Positions 38,270 through 53,299 of a stretch of 64,000 nt of DNA are shown here, in pieces. Position 1 is the stretch's first letter. Every line of letters starts with the position of its first letter. Source of the stretch: Puccinia triticina (lineage: Eukaryota); contig CP110440.1 of the NCBI GenBank assembly GCA_026914245.1, positions 124,001 to 188,000 on the forward strand. Direction: 5' to 3'. Position numbers and translations under genes: made by a program. The notes beneath the pieces are model-generated. The model worked only from the letters and a program-made list of their open reading frames with translations, was not told the DNA's origin and searched no databases.

Positions 38270-41200
38270 CAATCAAAATCCCACCAAGTTTGGACCTAGA
38301 AACCTCCTCCTCAGAGTCATTTGATTCTGCAGTCTGGTCAAAGTCCGTAAAGCCCCGCGCATAAAACCGCTTTACGTGCGTTGCCGCCGCTCACCGTTTC
38401 AAAGGCGTCCCGTCCAGCTCCTCCATCTCATGACTGCCTCCCGGAAATTGCAATACAATGCAATAAGGACCATTCCAGCGGTTAGCAAACAGCTTTCCCC
38501 ATTGCAACTTGAGGCTACGATTGTAAAGAAGAACCAATTCCCCCTTGCGGAGGGAGTCCCGCAGCCTGTGGGAGCAGCAGTGGTCCCAGTACTGAACTGC
38601 CTTAGCACGACTTTCCTTGAGGCGTGCCGCCGCCTTCGCAATAACCAAATCCCGCCATAACAGCTGCTCTGCCCGCACCAGAAGCAGGTCGTCCGCCGAT
38701 TTAACTTTCCACCAGTTGATTGCCAAGTACGTGAACATCTCTATGTCTACTGGCAAGACCAGTTGGCACCCAAACAACATCTTGTATGGCGAAAACCCCG
38801 TTGTCCGTTTAGTGGAAATCCAGTCCGCAAACAAAACGGCAGGCAAATACTGCTGCCACTTTTTACCATCTTCGCCGCACAGCTTTACCAGAGTGCTCTT
38901 GATTGGCTGATGTCCGCGCTCAATCATTACCGCACCCTCTGGATAGTACTCAGTCACCTTGCCAAACTTAGCGCCACATGACTCCACTAATTTCCGCAAA
39001 CCACCACGAAACTCCGCACCGCCATTGACAGTGATCAGCCGTACACATCCAAACTGCACAAACCAGTCCTCTTCCAAGAACTGCCTGACTTTTGCCGCCG
39101 TAATGTTCACCAGCCGCCGCGCCTCCACCCAACCGGAAAGATTGTCCCGGGCCACGAGCAGGTACTTGAATTTCCCCGCCTTAATGTGCACCGCATCCAT
39201 GGATATCCTACTCCGTTTCCGTAGGTTTCCCAATCTCTTTAGGCAGACGCAGACTACGCCTCTGGCATTGCTTGCAACTCCGCACCCATTGCCACACGCT
39301 CCTCGTGATACCCGGCCACCAAAACCGCGACTGGACTCGCCTTTTGTTTTCCGCTTTGCCTTGGTGACCAAACTCCCTGTGTAAGCTCCGCAGGACAGCC
39401 TCCTGATCAATGCGCCGCGTTACTACCACTAGGTGCACCGGTGTGCTCCGACGCCACAGCTGGCCCTCATGCACGAAAAAATTCGCCGCTTTTTGCTTAA
39501 TCCAACGCTGCACTGTTACCCCAATTCCCGCGGGGTAGCAAAGAGTCGTCAAGAACACCACCAAGTACTCGTACCTAGCCATCTGCTTAACTGGAAAGCC
39601 TCCGTTGTGATTGTGTTGCCTGCCATTTGCACGTCAAGAATACGCCGCTCCACGTCCAGCTGCTCCGCCAGCGCAATTTGATCCTCTTCATCTCCCAGTG
39701 GAATGTGGGAAAGCGCTTCCGGTGTGGAACTCCTAAAAGATCAGGAAAGAGCTGTGAGGGGAAATAGTCAACTACACTACTGATAATGTAGAAGAGGCTA
39801 CAGGTGCTGGTGAGGCTGCCCCTGGACTAATGCTGATGGAGAGAGGGTTACACTAAGAAAAAGAAAAGGGTGTGGCTGATGATTCTCTTTGACTTAGATG
39901 ACTTTAACACTTTATGAGTTTGAGGTGTATCAATCCTACTGAGGGAGAGAGGAGAAGTGAGATGGGGAGAAAAGCAGAAGCTCTTGGGGAGTCACTCTGA
40001 GATGGGTAATGAGATATATGCTGGGGGATATATTTCTGAGGGGTGAAATGTTATCTAAGTGAGGTGTGTAAAGGTGCTACAGAGTGTATGTGGGGAAAGG
40101 TGCATACAGAGTGCAGTGGGTGAAAGTGCATATAAGGGTAGTGTAAAAGGTGCTACAGAGGGGATGTAGTAGAAAGTGCATATGAGGGTGGTGTAAAAGG
40201 TGCTACAGAGGTGATGTAGTAGAAAGTGCATGATCGGGATACAACATCTAGAGGGGTGTTTATATATGTGAGAAGTACTACAGGGAGGTAATACATGATG
40301 AGCACATAGTAACAATATCTGAAGATGAGCAGTAATGATGAAGGTGCAATGACCAAGGAGTGTACATGAAAGGTAACTATGTAGAAGATGAAATAATGAT
40401 GAGCATTTGATAATAGCTACAGGAACTATGAAGGAATGTACTGCTGATTCATATGAAGGGAAAAATGAGTAATGAAGTTATGTAAGATATGCAGTCCTAT
40501 GTAGCTATGATACTAATGAATGATGTATGTAATAATGCTAAGGATATGTATGAAGAAAATACCTTCCAAAACTATACATGCCAATAACTGCTGATCCATT
40601 TGGAAATCCTAGGTGAAATGAGTGGGTGACTAGGGGTAAAATGGGGTGTAGAATCTGAATATGAAGCAATGATGAGGTATTTATGAAGGGTTTAGGTGAT
40701 ATGAGGGTGATAGTATGAACAGGAACACGGTTACCACACCAGTAACGTAAAAGCTTTTCCTGGCACGTGCACCACCTCAAAAAAAAACAGTTGCAAAAAT
40801 GCCACCCAGCGCGTCATAGGGGCATTAGGCAACAACAGAAAGTTGATCATCCGCATCAACGCCTCCGTGTCGACCAGTAATTCAAAATAGACGCCCCACA
40901 GTATGTGTTACAATCTCCGCACAATTTTTGACACTCTGCACAGTTCCAGCTTTGGTTGAGAATACCATGATTCCATGTCTGTAAATGTTACCAACTCATA
41001 CAGCACAGGCCGGTCCTTTCCGTCCTCTTCCTGGATGAGAACTCTGCCTGCGCCAAACTCACTTGAGTCCGCCGCCATCATAGTCGAGTTCCTTTAACAA
41101 GATCTTCCTGCCTACTATGTCCTTCAGCATTGCAAAATCCTTGTTGCATTCTTGGGTCCAGTTCCATTCCGCATTCTTGCGTGTCAGTCTCCGCATTGGA

Positions 41201-41445
41201 CCAGCAATTTCCGCAAACCTCTTGATGAACATGCAAACAAAACTGCAAGATGTGAAACACCGTCCGCGGTCTTGGCCAGTCCAGTATCTTCTTCTGCTTT
41301 GGCTCTGCAACCCGCCGCCCGTCTCGAGACACCTTGTGTCCAAGGACCTCCAACGCCAGCATGCAAACCGCAAACTTCCTCCCTGAAACCGTAAGACCCG
41401 CTTCCTCAATCCAAAACAGAACCCGCTCCAGGGCCACCGCGTACT
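38270..41445 (-). mobile_element. Degenerate Ty3/Gypsy pol (RT/RNase H, HHCC zinc finger, integrase core)
   Basis: HREFGHQG..CKQCQRR, ISMDAVHI..ARDNLSGWVEA, YYPEG..IERGHQPIK, FAEIAGPMRRLTRKNAEWNWT; frameshifted; split by a solo LTR. Confidence 0.88.
39723..40738. mobile_element. Solo LTR (~1 kb) inserted in the Gypsy RNase H region
   Basis: TGTGG...CCACA termini; TSD CCGG/CCAG; removal restores HVPGKAFTL-P-EALSHIP; homologous to 54157-54295 plus 59799-60270. Confidence 0.8.
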
Positions 41446-41974
41446 GCCAGATGAACCGCTGTATATTACACTACAAACATGGATGAATTTGGGATGGCAT
41501 ATATTGATCAAATTATATTGATCATTTTTTTTTTTTGAAATTTCTCTTTAATTTGTTTCCTTCCTGCAACATCATAACCCTTCTATAATCTCTCTTTCTC
41601 TTGATTTCCTCCTTTCTTAGTTTTCAACCATAGTAAAAGCTTCATTTTGTTGCCAGATCAAATAGGTCATTTTTACATACTCATATGAATTATTCCTGAG
41701 AAAAAATAGTCTGTAAAGTCAGGCAGGGAGGGGAAGGGGGGAGGAGGAATGGGGAGGCATGAATTATTGTCACTTGAACCTTGCAGAAGTGTTGAAATCT
41801 ACTTTCCGAAAAAAAAAAAAAAAAAAACAATCAGTCTCAATATATCATGCTACATCAATTTTGTTCAAATTTAATGGCTTGTATATATGACTCATCATAT
41901 CCAATATCCTAAATTTCTACTAGGCCTGAGATTGATTTAAAGTTTGTACCAGATTTGAGTAAGGTGTCTTATAT

Positions 41975-44900
41975 CATGGAAGAACTCCCACGCTGCGCTA
42001 AGATATAGTGGGAGAAACAGCAGGAAACTACCAAATCAGTGATATTTGGCAACTGATCACATTGTGGTTGTTACATTTGGAGGTTTTGAGGTCATTCAAG
42101 GTACACCATGATCCGTTGAGGCCATTTGATCATTTTTGTACCAATATCATGGAAGAACTCCCACGCTGCACTGAGATATAGTGGCAGAAACACCAAGAAA
42201 CTACCAAATTAGTGATTATTTGGCAACTGATCACATTGTGGCTGCTACATTTGGGGGGTTTGTGGTCATTCAAGGTACACAATAAATCTCTGAGGGCATG
42301 TGAACATTTTGATACCAATATCATGGAAGAAATCCCACGCTGCGCTGAGATATAGTGGCAGAAACACCAAGAAACTACCAAATTAGTCATATTTGGCAAC
42401 TGATGACATTGTGGCTGCTACATTTGGGGGTTTTGTGGTCATTCAAGGAACAAAATGAATCTCTGAGGGCATGTGAACATTTTGGTACCAATATCATGGA
42501 AGAACTCCCACGCTGCGCTGAGATATAGTGGCAGAAACACCAAGAAACTACCAAATTAGTCATATTTGGCAACCAATCACATTGTAGCTGCTAAATTTGG
42601 GGGTTTTGTGGTCATTGAAGGTACAAAGTGAATCTTGAAGGGCATGTGAAAATTTTGGTACCAATATCATGGAAGAACTCCCAGGATGCGTTGAGATATA
42701 TTGGGAGGAACACCAGGAAACTACAAAATTAGTGATATTTGCCAACAGATCACATTGTAGCTGCTACATTTGGGGGTTTTGGGTCATTCAAGGTACAAAT
42801 TGAGACTTTGAGGGCATGTGAACATTTTGATACCAATATCATGGAAGAACTCCCACGCTGCGCTGAGATATAGTGGCAGAAACACCAAGAAGCTACCAAA
42901 TTAGTGATATTTGGCAACTGATCACATTGTGGCTGCTACATTTGGGGGTTTTGTGGTCATTCAAGGAACAAAATGAATCTCTGAGGGCATGTGAACATTT
43001 TGGTACCAATATCATGGAAGAACTCCCACGCTGCGCTGAGATATAGTGGCAGAAACACCAAGAAACTACCAAATTAGTCATATTTGGCAACTGATCACAT
43101 TGTGGCTGCTACATTTGGGGGTTTTGTGGTCATTCAAGGTACGAATTGAGACTTTGAGGGCATGTGAACATTTTGATACCAATATCATGGAAGAACTCCC
43201 ATGCTGCGCTGAGATATAGTGGCAGAAACACCAAGAAGCTACCAAATTAGTGATACTTGGCAACTGATCACATTGTGGCTGCTACATTTGGGGGGTTTGT
43301 GGGCATACAATGAATCTCTGAGGGCATGTGAAAATTTTGGTACCAATATAATGTAAGAACTCCCATGCTGCGCTGAGATATAGTGGCAGAAACACCAAAA
43401 AACTACCAAATTAGTGATATTTGGCGACTGATCACATTGTGACTGCTACATTTGGGGGGTTTGTGGTCATTCAAGGTACAAAATGAATCCCTGAGGGCAT
43501 GTGAGCATTTTGGTACCAATATCATGTAAGAACCCCCACGCTGCGCTGAGATATAGTGGCAGAAACACCAAGAAACTACCAAATTAGTGATATTTGGCAA
43601 CTGATCACATTGTGGCTGCTACATTTGGGGGTTTTGTGGTCATTCAAGGTACACCATGAATATTTGAGGGCATGTGAAAATTTTGGTACAAATGTCAAGG
43701 AAGAACTTCCACGCTGTGCTGAGATATAGTGGCGGAAACACCAAGAAACCACCAAATTAGTGATATTTGGCAACTGATCACATTGTGGCTGCTACATTTG
43801 GGGGTTTTGTGGTCATTCAAGGTACACCATGAATATTTGAGGGCATGTGAACATTTTGGTACAAATGTCAAGGAAGAACTTCCACGCTGTGCTGAGATAT
43901 AGTGGCGGAAACACCAAAAAACCACCAAATTAGTGATATTTGGCAACTGATCACATGGTGGCTGCTACATTTGGGGGTTTTGTGGTCATTCAAGGTACAA
44001 AATGAATCTCTGAGGGCATGTGAACATTTGATCATTTTTTTACCAATATCATGGAAGAACTCCCATGCTGGACTGAGATATAGTGGCAGAAACACACAGA
44101 AACTACCAAATAAGTGATATTTGGCAACTGATCACATTGTGGCTGCTACACTTGGGGGTTTTGTGGTCATTCAAGGTACACCATGAATCTTTGAGGGCAT
44201 GTGAACATTTCATTACCAATATCATGGAAGAAATCCCACGCTGCACTGAGATATAGTGGGAGAAACACCAAGAAACTACCAAATTAGTGATATTTGGCAA
44301 CTGATGACATTGTGGCTGCTACATTTGCGGGTTTTGTGGTCATTCAAGGTACAGAATGAATGTTTCACCGCATTTGATCAATTTGGTACCAATATCATGG
44401 AAGAACTCCCACGCTGCGCTGAGATATAGTGGCAGAAACACCAAGAAACCACCAAATTAGTCATATTTGGCAACTGATGACATTGTGGCTGCTACATTTG
44501 GAGGTTTTGAGGTCATTCAAGGTACAAAATGAATCTTTGAGGGAATCTGAACATCTTGGTACCAATATCATGAAAGAATTCCCATGCTGCGCTGAGATAT
44601 AGTGGCGAAAACACCAAGAAACTACCAAATTAGTGATATTTGGCAACTGATCACATTGTGGCTGCTACATTTGGGGGTTTTGTGGTCATTCAACGTACAC
44701 CATGAATCTTTGAGGGCATGTGAACATTTTATTACCAATATCATGGAAGAAATCTCACGCTGCACTGAGATATAGTGGGAGAAACACCAAGAAACTACCA
44801 AATTAGTGATATTTGGCAACTGACCACATTGTGGCTGCTACATTTGGGGATTTTGTGGTGATTCAAGGTACACAAAGAATCTTTGACCGCATTTAATCAT

Positions 44901-45790
44901 TTTGGTACCAATATCATGGAAGAAATCCCACACTGCACTGAGATTTAGTGGCAGAAACACCAAGAAACTACCAAATTAGTGATATTTGGCAACTGATCAC
45001 ATGGTGGCTGCTACATTTGGGGGTTTTGTGGTCATTCAAGGCACACAATGAATCTTTGAGGGCATGTGAATATTTTGGTACCAATATCATGGAAGAACTC
45101 CCACACTGCGCTGAGATATAGTGGCCAAAACACCAAGAAACTACCAAATTAGTCATATTTGGCAACTGATCACATTGTGGCTGCTACATTTGGGGGTTTT
45201 GTGGTCATTCAATGTACACCATGAATCTTTGAGCGCATGTGAACATTTTACTACCAATATCATGGATGAAATCTCACGCTGCACTGAGATATAGTGGCAG
45301 ATACACCAAGAAACCAACAAATTAGTCATATTTGGCAACTGATCACATTGTGGCTGCTACATTTGGATGTTTTGAGGTCATTCAAGGTACACCATGATCC
45401 CTTGAGGCCATTCCATCATTCTAACAATATCATGGAAGAACTCCCATGCTGCGCTGAGATATAGTGGCGGAAACACCAAGAAACTACCAAATTAGTCATA
45501 TTTGGCAACTGATCACATTGTGGCTGCTACATTTGGAGGTTTTGAGGTCATTCACGGTACACAATGAATATTCTAGGGCATGTGAAAATTTTGGTACCAA
45601 TATCATGGAAGAACTCCCACGCTGCGCTGAGATATAGTGGGAGAAACACCAGGAAACTACCAAATTAGTGATAGTTGGCAACCGGTCACAATGTAGCTGC
45701 TAAATTTGGAGGTTTTGTGGTCATTCAAGTCACACAACAAATCTGCGAGGGCATTGGATAATTCTGGTACCAATATCATGGAAGAACTCC
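41975..45790 (+). repeat. ~22 tandem copies of a 173-bp unit
   Basis: ATATCATGGAAGAACTCCCACGCTGCGCTGAGATATAGTGG recurs every ~173 bp. Confidence 0.92.
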
Positions 45791-46029
45791 TGGCTTAATC
45801 CTCAAACTTGCAATGTCTTTTTTTCAGCAAGAAAAGAATGGTGTGTGTCGCATTGATGTTATCAGAAGTCTTCCATAAATTCCAAATCTACTTCATTTCA
45901 AAAATGGAAAATCATTGACCCCTCACCTCTCTCATGATACCATCCTTCAAGAATTTTTAAAGATATTCCATATCATCTTTGATATGCTGCATGCATACAA
46001 GGCCTTTTGAAACTAATTTGCCATGGAAA

Positions 46030-47230
46030 TGATCAAATACCCTCAAAGACTCATTTTTTACCTTGAATGACCTCAAAACCTCCAAACGTAGCAGCCACAA
46101 TGTCATCAGTTGCCAAATATGACTAATTTGGCGGTTTCTTGGTGTTTCTGCCACTATATCTCAGCACAGCGTGGGATTTCTTCCATGATATTGGTACCAA
46201 AATGATCAAATGCGGTCAAAGATTCATTGTGTACCTTGAATGACCACAAAACCCCCAAATGTAGCAGCCACAATGTCATCAGTTGCCAAATATCACTAAT
46301 GTGGTAGTTTGTTGGTGTTTCTCCCACTATATCTCAGTGCAGCTTGGGATTGCTTCCATGATATTGGTAATGAAGCGTTCAAATGCCCTCGAAGATTCAT
46401 GGTGTACCTTGAATGACCACAAAACCCCCAAATGTAGCAGCCACAATGTGATCAGTTGCGAAATATCACTAATTTGGTAGTTTCCTGGTGTCTCTCCCAC
46501 TATATCCCAGCGCAGCATGGGAGTTCTTCCATGATATTTGTGCCAAAATATTTGCATGCCCTCAACGAGTCATTGAGTACCTTGAATGACCACAAAACCC
46601 CCAAATGTAGCAGCCACAATGTGATCAGTTGCCAAATATCAATAATTTGGTAGTTTCTTGGTGTTTCTGCCGCTATATCTCAGTGCAGCATGGGAGTTCT
46701 TCCATGATATTGGTACAAAAATGATCAAATGGCCTCAAGAGATCATGGTGTACCTTGAATGACCTCAAAACCTCCAAATGTAGCAGCCACAATGTCATCA
46801 GTTGCCAAATATGACTAATTTGGTGGTTTCTTGGTGTATCTGCCACTATATCTCAGTGCAGCGTGTGAGTTCTTCCATGATATTGGTACCAAAATGTTCA
46901 CATGCCCTCAAAGATTCATTGTGTACCTTGAATGACCACAAAACCCCCAAATGTAGCAGCTACAATGTGATTGGTTGCCAAATATCACTAATTTGGTAGT
47001 TTCTTGGTGTTTCTGCCACAATATCTCAGCGCAGCGTGGGAGTTCGTCCATAATATTGGTACAACAATGATCAAATGCCCTCAACGGATAATGGTGTACC
47101 TTGAATGAACTCAAAACCTCCGAATGTAACAACCACAATGTGATCAGTTGCCAAATATCACTGATTTGGTAGTTTCCTGGTGTTTCTCCCACTATATCTC
47201 AGTGCAGCGTGGGAGTTCTTCCATGATATA
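46030..47230 (-). repeat. ~7 inverted copies of the same 173-bp unit
   Basis: CCACTATATCTCAG..GGGAGTTCTTCCATGATAT recurs every ~173 bp. Confidence 0.9.
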
Positions 47231-49989
47231 AGAAACCTTACTCAAATCTGGTACAAATGTTAAATCAATCTCAGGCCTCGTAGAAATTTAAGATATTGGA
47301 TACAATGAGTCATATATACAAGCCATTCAATTTGAACAAAATTGATGTAGCATGATATATTGAGACTGATTGTTTTTCTTTTTTTTTTGGGGGAAAGTAG
47401 ATTTCAACACTTCTGCAAGGCTCAAGTGACAATAATTCATGCCTCCTCATTCCTCCTCCCCCCTTCCCCTCCCTGCTTGACTTAACAGACTATTTTTTCT
47501 CAGGAATAATTCATATGAGTATGTAAAAATGACCTATTTGATCTGGCAACAAAATGAAGCTTTTACTATGGTTGAAAACTAAGAAAGGAGGAAATCAAGA
47601 GAGAGATGATAGAAGTCAGATGTTGCAGGAAGGAAACAAATTAAAGAGAAATTTCAAAAAAAAAAAAGATCAATATAATTTGATCAATATATGCCATATT
47701 GATCAATATATGCCATATTGATCAATATATGCCTTCCCAAATTCATCCATGTTTGTAGTGTTAGGGTTCTCCGCCAACGCCGCCCTGCTGTAGTCACTCC
47801 TCGGTCCCTTCACGGCCGCTGTGATGAACAAAAGTGGTCACTGCGTAGAAATGTCAGGACCCTGCCGCTCCAAGATGATTCCCAGGTAAAGTCGGGTGAT
47901 CTGGAGAAACTCCGCTCCAAAGCTCTGCCGCGTTGTAGGGCTCTGAGTGGGATAAATAAAGTAAAGCACATAAAATAATCTAGCTCCGCAAAAGTAAACA
48001 GTAAATTAAAGCTCCGCCGCATAAAGAAGATAAATCCGCAACAATTGCAAGAAAACAGCCGTAAAGCAAGCACAAAACTCGGCAAAGCGCAACCGTAACA
48101 CATAAAGCAAGTCCGCAAAGTAAAAAACTCCGCTCTGCAATGTACGCAAAGTAAAAGAAGCACAAAAATCCGCAAAGTAAAGTAAAAACCGTAAAAGAGA
48201 GTCTGTGGGGAGTATGATGATGCAGAATCCTCCCTCCACCACTGTAGTTTTATAGAGAAAAGGAAGAGAACTAAAAGATATCCTCTGCCCGCCTCCCACG
48301 CACGCCATCCGCTAACTCCGTTCACACACGCACACTCGTCATCCACCAAGCGCTATACACACGCACGTCATCCGCCAAGCTCCGCTCTCACGCCAACTCC
48401 TGTTGTTTCCGCCGCTTGCCTTCGACCGCCGTCAAACGCCTCTCTCTAGCTCCCACGCTCCTGTCTAGCCTATGATGTCAGGATCCCACACGCCGCCCTT
48501 CTGGCTGCCACGGCTTCCCCCAATCACCACCTCTGCTATCCAGTCCGCGCTGGCCTGCTTAATCTGAGTCCAGTTCCGCCGCTGAGCTCCGCGCGCCGCC
48601 GCCTTCAGTTGTGCGCTCTGCTCCGCTCCATTCCGCACCGTTTCCGCACCGTTTCCGCACTGCCTGTGCGCCGCGCTGATTTCTCCGTGGACAATTTGAC
48701 ACAAGTTCCATAATTGATCACCACAACGTTCCTCCAGTTGACACCCCCGGCCAATCATTCAGTGTGCTCCGCTGATACAGCTGTCGCCTCCTCGCCGCGA
48801 TTGACTGATTAGGTGAAAACTGACTCCGCGCTGACGAAAAGGGTAATTGTCCTAGTCTTGGTCCTCCCGCTGCTCCCAACCACGATTGAGTTTTGGCTGG
48901 TCTTGAGGAAGAGCCTTCTCTGTTTTCCGCAGTTACCCTGTCTCTGCTGTCTGAACCGCCTGATCCAATCTGGGCTTCTTTGTCACCTGGAGTAAAGAAT
49001 TTGCCTTCCACAGGGTTCATTCAACGTTTCCGCATGTATCTAGTACCCAAGTATCCAATAACGACACAAAGTTGGTTTCCCGGCCAAACCCCCACTTGTG
49101 AGAATAAAAGCTGGTTAGACGGTGGAAAATGTCTGCTGACCGCCTTCTTCAAGAATATTAGTGTCCGGGCTGTGTGATTGTTGGTTACTCGTCTCCGCAC
49201 CGCTACTTTCCGCTAGCCTTCAGCGCTCCTCTCTGAGCCTGATCTATAGCGTAATAATCCACAAGTGAATAGAGCTCCACACTCCGTAAGCACAGACTCC
49301 GCAAGTAGCCCTGAAAGTAAAGATAAGGTCATGAATATATCTCCTATAACTCTAGTACGTCCGCAAGTTGTGTGTACAATAGTGAGTAATCCGTAAGATG
49401 ATAGGATAATAGGATGAGAAAAGTCCATGAGCCCCCTTTTTCCCATCCTTCCCTCCGCGCACATCACCGTTCCCACCCGATCCCGCACATCTGACACTTT
49501 CCCCCACTAGTCCTCCAGCTCCGCCTGCACTTCTGCTCGTCACTCTCCCAGACTCCGCCCATCTCTGACGCTTGACCTCCCACTGTCCTCTGTCTTGCCC
49601 CCACCAGTCGGTCTCTCACCACCGCCTCCACCCCGGTTCCACCTGCTGGTGGAACCCGCTGACGCGCCGCTGCTACCAGTCCACGTGTGTAGTCCGCCGC
49701 AGTCCAGCCCTGTCTTTTTTTGCTTCAATCCAAATACCCAATCAGAAATCTGTGATCCGTAATCCGCGCATTATGGTCCGTGTGTGACTTTCCGTAAGCT
49801 TTCCTAGCATGCTTTTCTGACATCATCCTCAGTGCTTATGTCACTGGAATGCACTCTGCCTGAGCCACTCTGTGCATTCCCGCCCGCGCTATCCCCCGCG
49901 TGGACATTCTACCACGCTCGCCTATTTAAATCACCACAATGTCTCGCTCGATGTTATGAGGCTTCTCGCATTCCCTTTCTTGACAAATC

Positions 49990-52397
49990 ACAATGAACTT
50001 TGCCTTGGAGTTTGGTTGCGATTTCACGAAACTGGGGAGAATTTGGGGTCAATTTGATTTTTAATCAGATAGAGCACCCAATGAGAAACTGACCTTTGCA
50101 AGGGTTTGGCAACACGAGTCCAAAGTATAAATATCATCAGCGCGCTCCTCTTCTATGTCTTTGAGGTCAGCCAGAGTCATCTCATTGTCATTGCCAAGTT
50201 CACCATTGGTAGTCTGAGGAAGATTGTTGACGTCCTCTTCATCATTGGAGTCACTAATGTGATTGACATTAGTTTGGAAAATAAAAATGTAGACACACAA
50301 CAAAAGTTTGTCATCAGCAATGATATTCAAGCATTTTATAGTGTCCAGAAAAAATACCTTGCAATCAGATCATGCACCTCTTCTTTTTAATCAGCAAAAT
50401 CCATCTCGGAAACTCTGGGGGTGTTCAAACGGGTGTTTTTTTTGTGCGCAAATGGTTGAAGTATTGCCTGGTCAATGAGATTGAGGATATGTGCAAAGCA
50501 CCTTATCCAGTGCCTCTCACCTTGGAATTGCTTCCATTTGAGCTTTTCCAACTGATCAATCATTGCTCCATTGTTTGCTGTGTTATCGGAAACAATCCCA
50601 CAGATCTAGCAAGTCGGATAGTTTCAGAAAGGCGAGCAGGAAATCAAATAAAAAAACTAATGTGTACATACCCAGTTTTCCAATCCAAACTTCTCAACTA
50701 TGTATTGTACCACGCGAGCTAAGTAGGCACCAGTATGCCTCTTGTTGAGCTGGACAAAATCCAGCAGCATTGCATTCAATTCAATTTTAACGGTTGCATT
50801 GTTCAAAAGTTGGTATATAACTGCACCAATGATGTCGTATCCATTTGTTGTCTGCCATGCATCAACACCCAAGTACAGTGCCCCACCGTGGACCTGCGTT
50901 CAAGTTGACAGTTTGGCGGCAGTCAATAGGTAATTGATATATAGAAAAGAAAAATTACTCTTGCTTACCTTCAACTCCTCAAGGAGTTTCTCCTGAACAC
51001 CCGAGTAGAGCTTATGAATTGCAATTGATACCGCCTTCCGAGTCAGAAGATGCTTTAAGACCGCTGGGTGGAGAACTCTCTTGAGACTGACTTCTTCCAA
51101 GGCTTAAAAGGGTTTCGCTCCCTCAGCACACCATAGAGCACATTGTTGCAAAACCTAGAGCCGGAGAGAGAAGAACCAATGAGAAAACAATCAATGAAAT
51201 TGAACATGAAACAAATCTCACCTCCCGTGGGTCTGTGTCACCTGTGCCGGTTACACCACACAATGCAAGTGACTTATTTGAAGGTGGTGTTTGTTGCTTC
51301 CTCAGGCATTGACCTGCATGCGTCAGAAGATTACTGCAGGAAAAGTTGTATGCCGGGAAATTGATTTTTTTAGTACAGCTAGGAAGAATAATAATCATTC
51401 AGCCCCTGTTAATATTCTTCTGAAAAATAAGTGAGTAAATCCTATAGTACATACATCTTACATTAGGGGGTATCAAATATGAGAAATCCACAATTAGAAA
51501 CCAGTCAATTGGCCAAAAATGAAATTTCTCACCAGTGGTTCCCAAAATGGAGTAGAAGAAGGAACAGCATGTTTTAAAAATGGTGGGTTTTTTCAAACCC
51601 GTCAATTACATAATGGTGGATTTTGTCATATTTGATACCCCCTATTGCCATGCAATCATGCGGCAATTAAATTTATCCATCTGATCTGACAACATGGGTG
51701 TCTTGTATGAAGTGTGTGCCGAACTTACTTGATTCAGGGAAAGTTTGGTTGCATGTTCTATATTCACGCGTAGAATTATGGTGAGCTAAGTATAAATATA
51801 TAGATGAAAAGACAGAGGCATTTACCTAGACGCTGCTCATTGGTTGTTTCAGGTTCCATAGATACATTTGGGCCGGTTGAGCCGACATTGTGCTCATGAT
51901 CTTCTTCGCGAAATTTATCTTAATTGTTTGAATGGAAATTGGGCCTGTTGGTTTGGTCTTCTGACCTTTGTCGGGTTTGCTTACGTTCTCGGGCCATTTT
52001 TAGGAGTTGAGGAGTATGGTTGAGCAAGGGGGATATGAGCGGCGGCGGAGGGGAAGGCCGGTCAGAGGTCCTGCAGGGCGCAGCTGAGGCGCACACCCGG
52101 TTGGAGATCCCGCGGTGCGCAGCTCAGACCCACAGATGTTCAGCTGTGGGCAGGGGCAGAGGGTGTGGCATGAAATACCCGGGTACCCGCCGGCTTTTTT
52201 GCGGAATATCAGACATCCGCATCCAAACAGGCACATGCTGGCGGGTACCCGCAACGGGTTTGTCGGGGCCATCTCTATCTGGTACCCCCCCCCCCCCCCC
52301 ACGGGTGCCATGTACGGGTACGGGTCTGTGAAATATGGCTGAAAAATAGCAAGTACCCATGTTGCACACAGGTACCCGTTCAGGCACCCGCCGCTGA
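49990..52397 (-). mobile_element. Degenerate hAT-family transposon (intron-containing transposase remnant plus GGGTACCC-rich end)
   Basis: GVDAWQTTNGYDIIG..LDFVQLNKRHTGAYLA, IRCFAHILNLI; candidate terminus CAGCGGCGGGTGCC at ~52397. Confidence 0.8.
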
Positions 52398-53299
52398 GTT
52401 CTCCAATCCTGGAGAGTGACGCCTTTCCCTAGATCCCCCGACCTCAACCTCACACCATGACACAATCAAGAAAGAGACCACACCAGACCTTGATTTTACC
52501 GACATCCTTGCCACCGGGACCGTCAGATGGTCTGACCAAAGCAATTTGATCTGTTGATACCAATATCCCAGTTTCAAATGATGATGTCTCAGATACCACC
52601 ACTAAGACCGGTCATCAAGAGATGTGAGTCCCCTGGATGACCGGTCTGACCGGTCATCCAGAGATGTGAGTCACCTCGATGACCGGCAAAGACCGGTCAT
52701 CGAGCGGAGATGTGTCCCCTCGATGACCGGCAAAGGCCGTTCATGGAGAGGAGATGTGAGTCCCGATGACCGGTACAGACCGGTCATCAAGCGGAGATGT
52801 GAGTCCCCTCGATGACCGGTCCAGATCGGTCATAGACATTTAACTGTACTGCATATGTACTGACGACTGAGTCCCCTTTTTACCCTTGAGCTGACCTGTA
52901 ACCACTCGGACAAGTCTGTACAGGCCAGCATTGTGTCTGCCCAGACGCAGGGCCCTGGCAACCAAAGTTGAGGTGCTCAGGGTGCAAAGCATGAGGACCC
53001 AGGTCTTGTGCAGCTGGTTTGGATACTTAAAGGGTGTGAGAGCATCTCCAGCAGAGCAGGGATGGGACCCGCGAGCTATAGCCGGCTGGGACCACCTTTC
53101 ACACCACTGTCTCAGCTGTTTCACAGCAGCTACACAGCAGCTCCACAGCAGACTGGCAATCACACCGGGGGTGGATATCCAGATTGCCCTGCAAAACAGC
53201 ACCAGGATGAATTCGGTCAAGTTACTCAACTTCATGGACAAGGACAACAACTTTGTGGCCTACCACACATTTGATCCGATTATCTCAGGCGAGCGCAAT

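Larger units (their letters stand above)
41469..47760. mobile_element. Non-autonomous CACTA (EnSpm) element, 6.3 kb, with ~500-bp inverted arms and 173-bp tandem arrays
   Basis: Starts CACTACAAACATGGATGAATTTGGG, ends CCCAAATTCATCCATGTTTGTAGTG; 3-bp TSD TTA; no transposase ORF. Confidence 0.92.

Noticed and set aside
42130..47192. Many 61-94 aa ORFs (MPNITNLVVSWCF...) resembling a peptide gene array
   Set aside because: Translation artefacts of a 173-bp unit (not a multiple of 3), mostly from non-ATG starts, inside a CACTA element
47764..49800. CCGC-rich region, possibly the LTR/gag part of another retroelement beginning at ~41460
   Set aside because: Boundaries and coding motifs could not be established by eye
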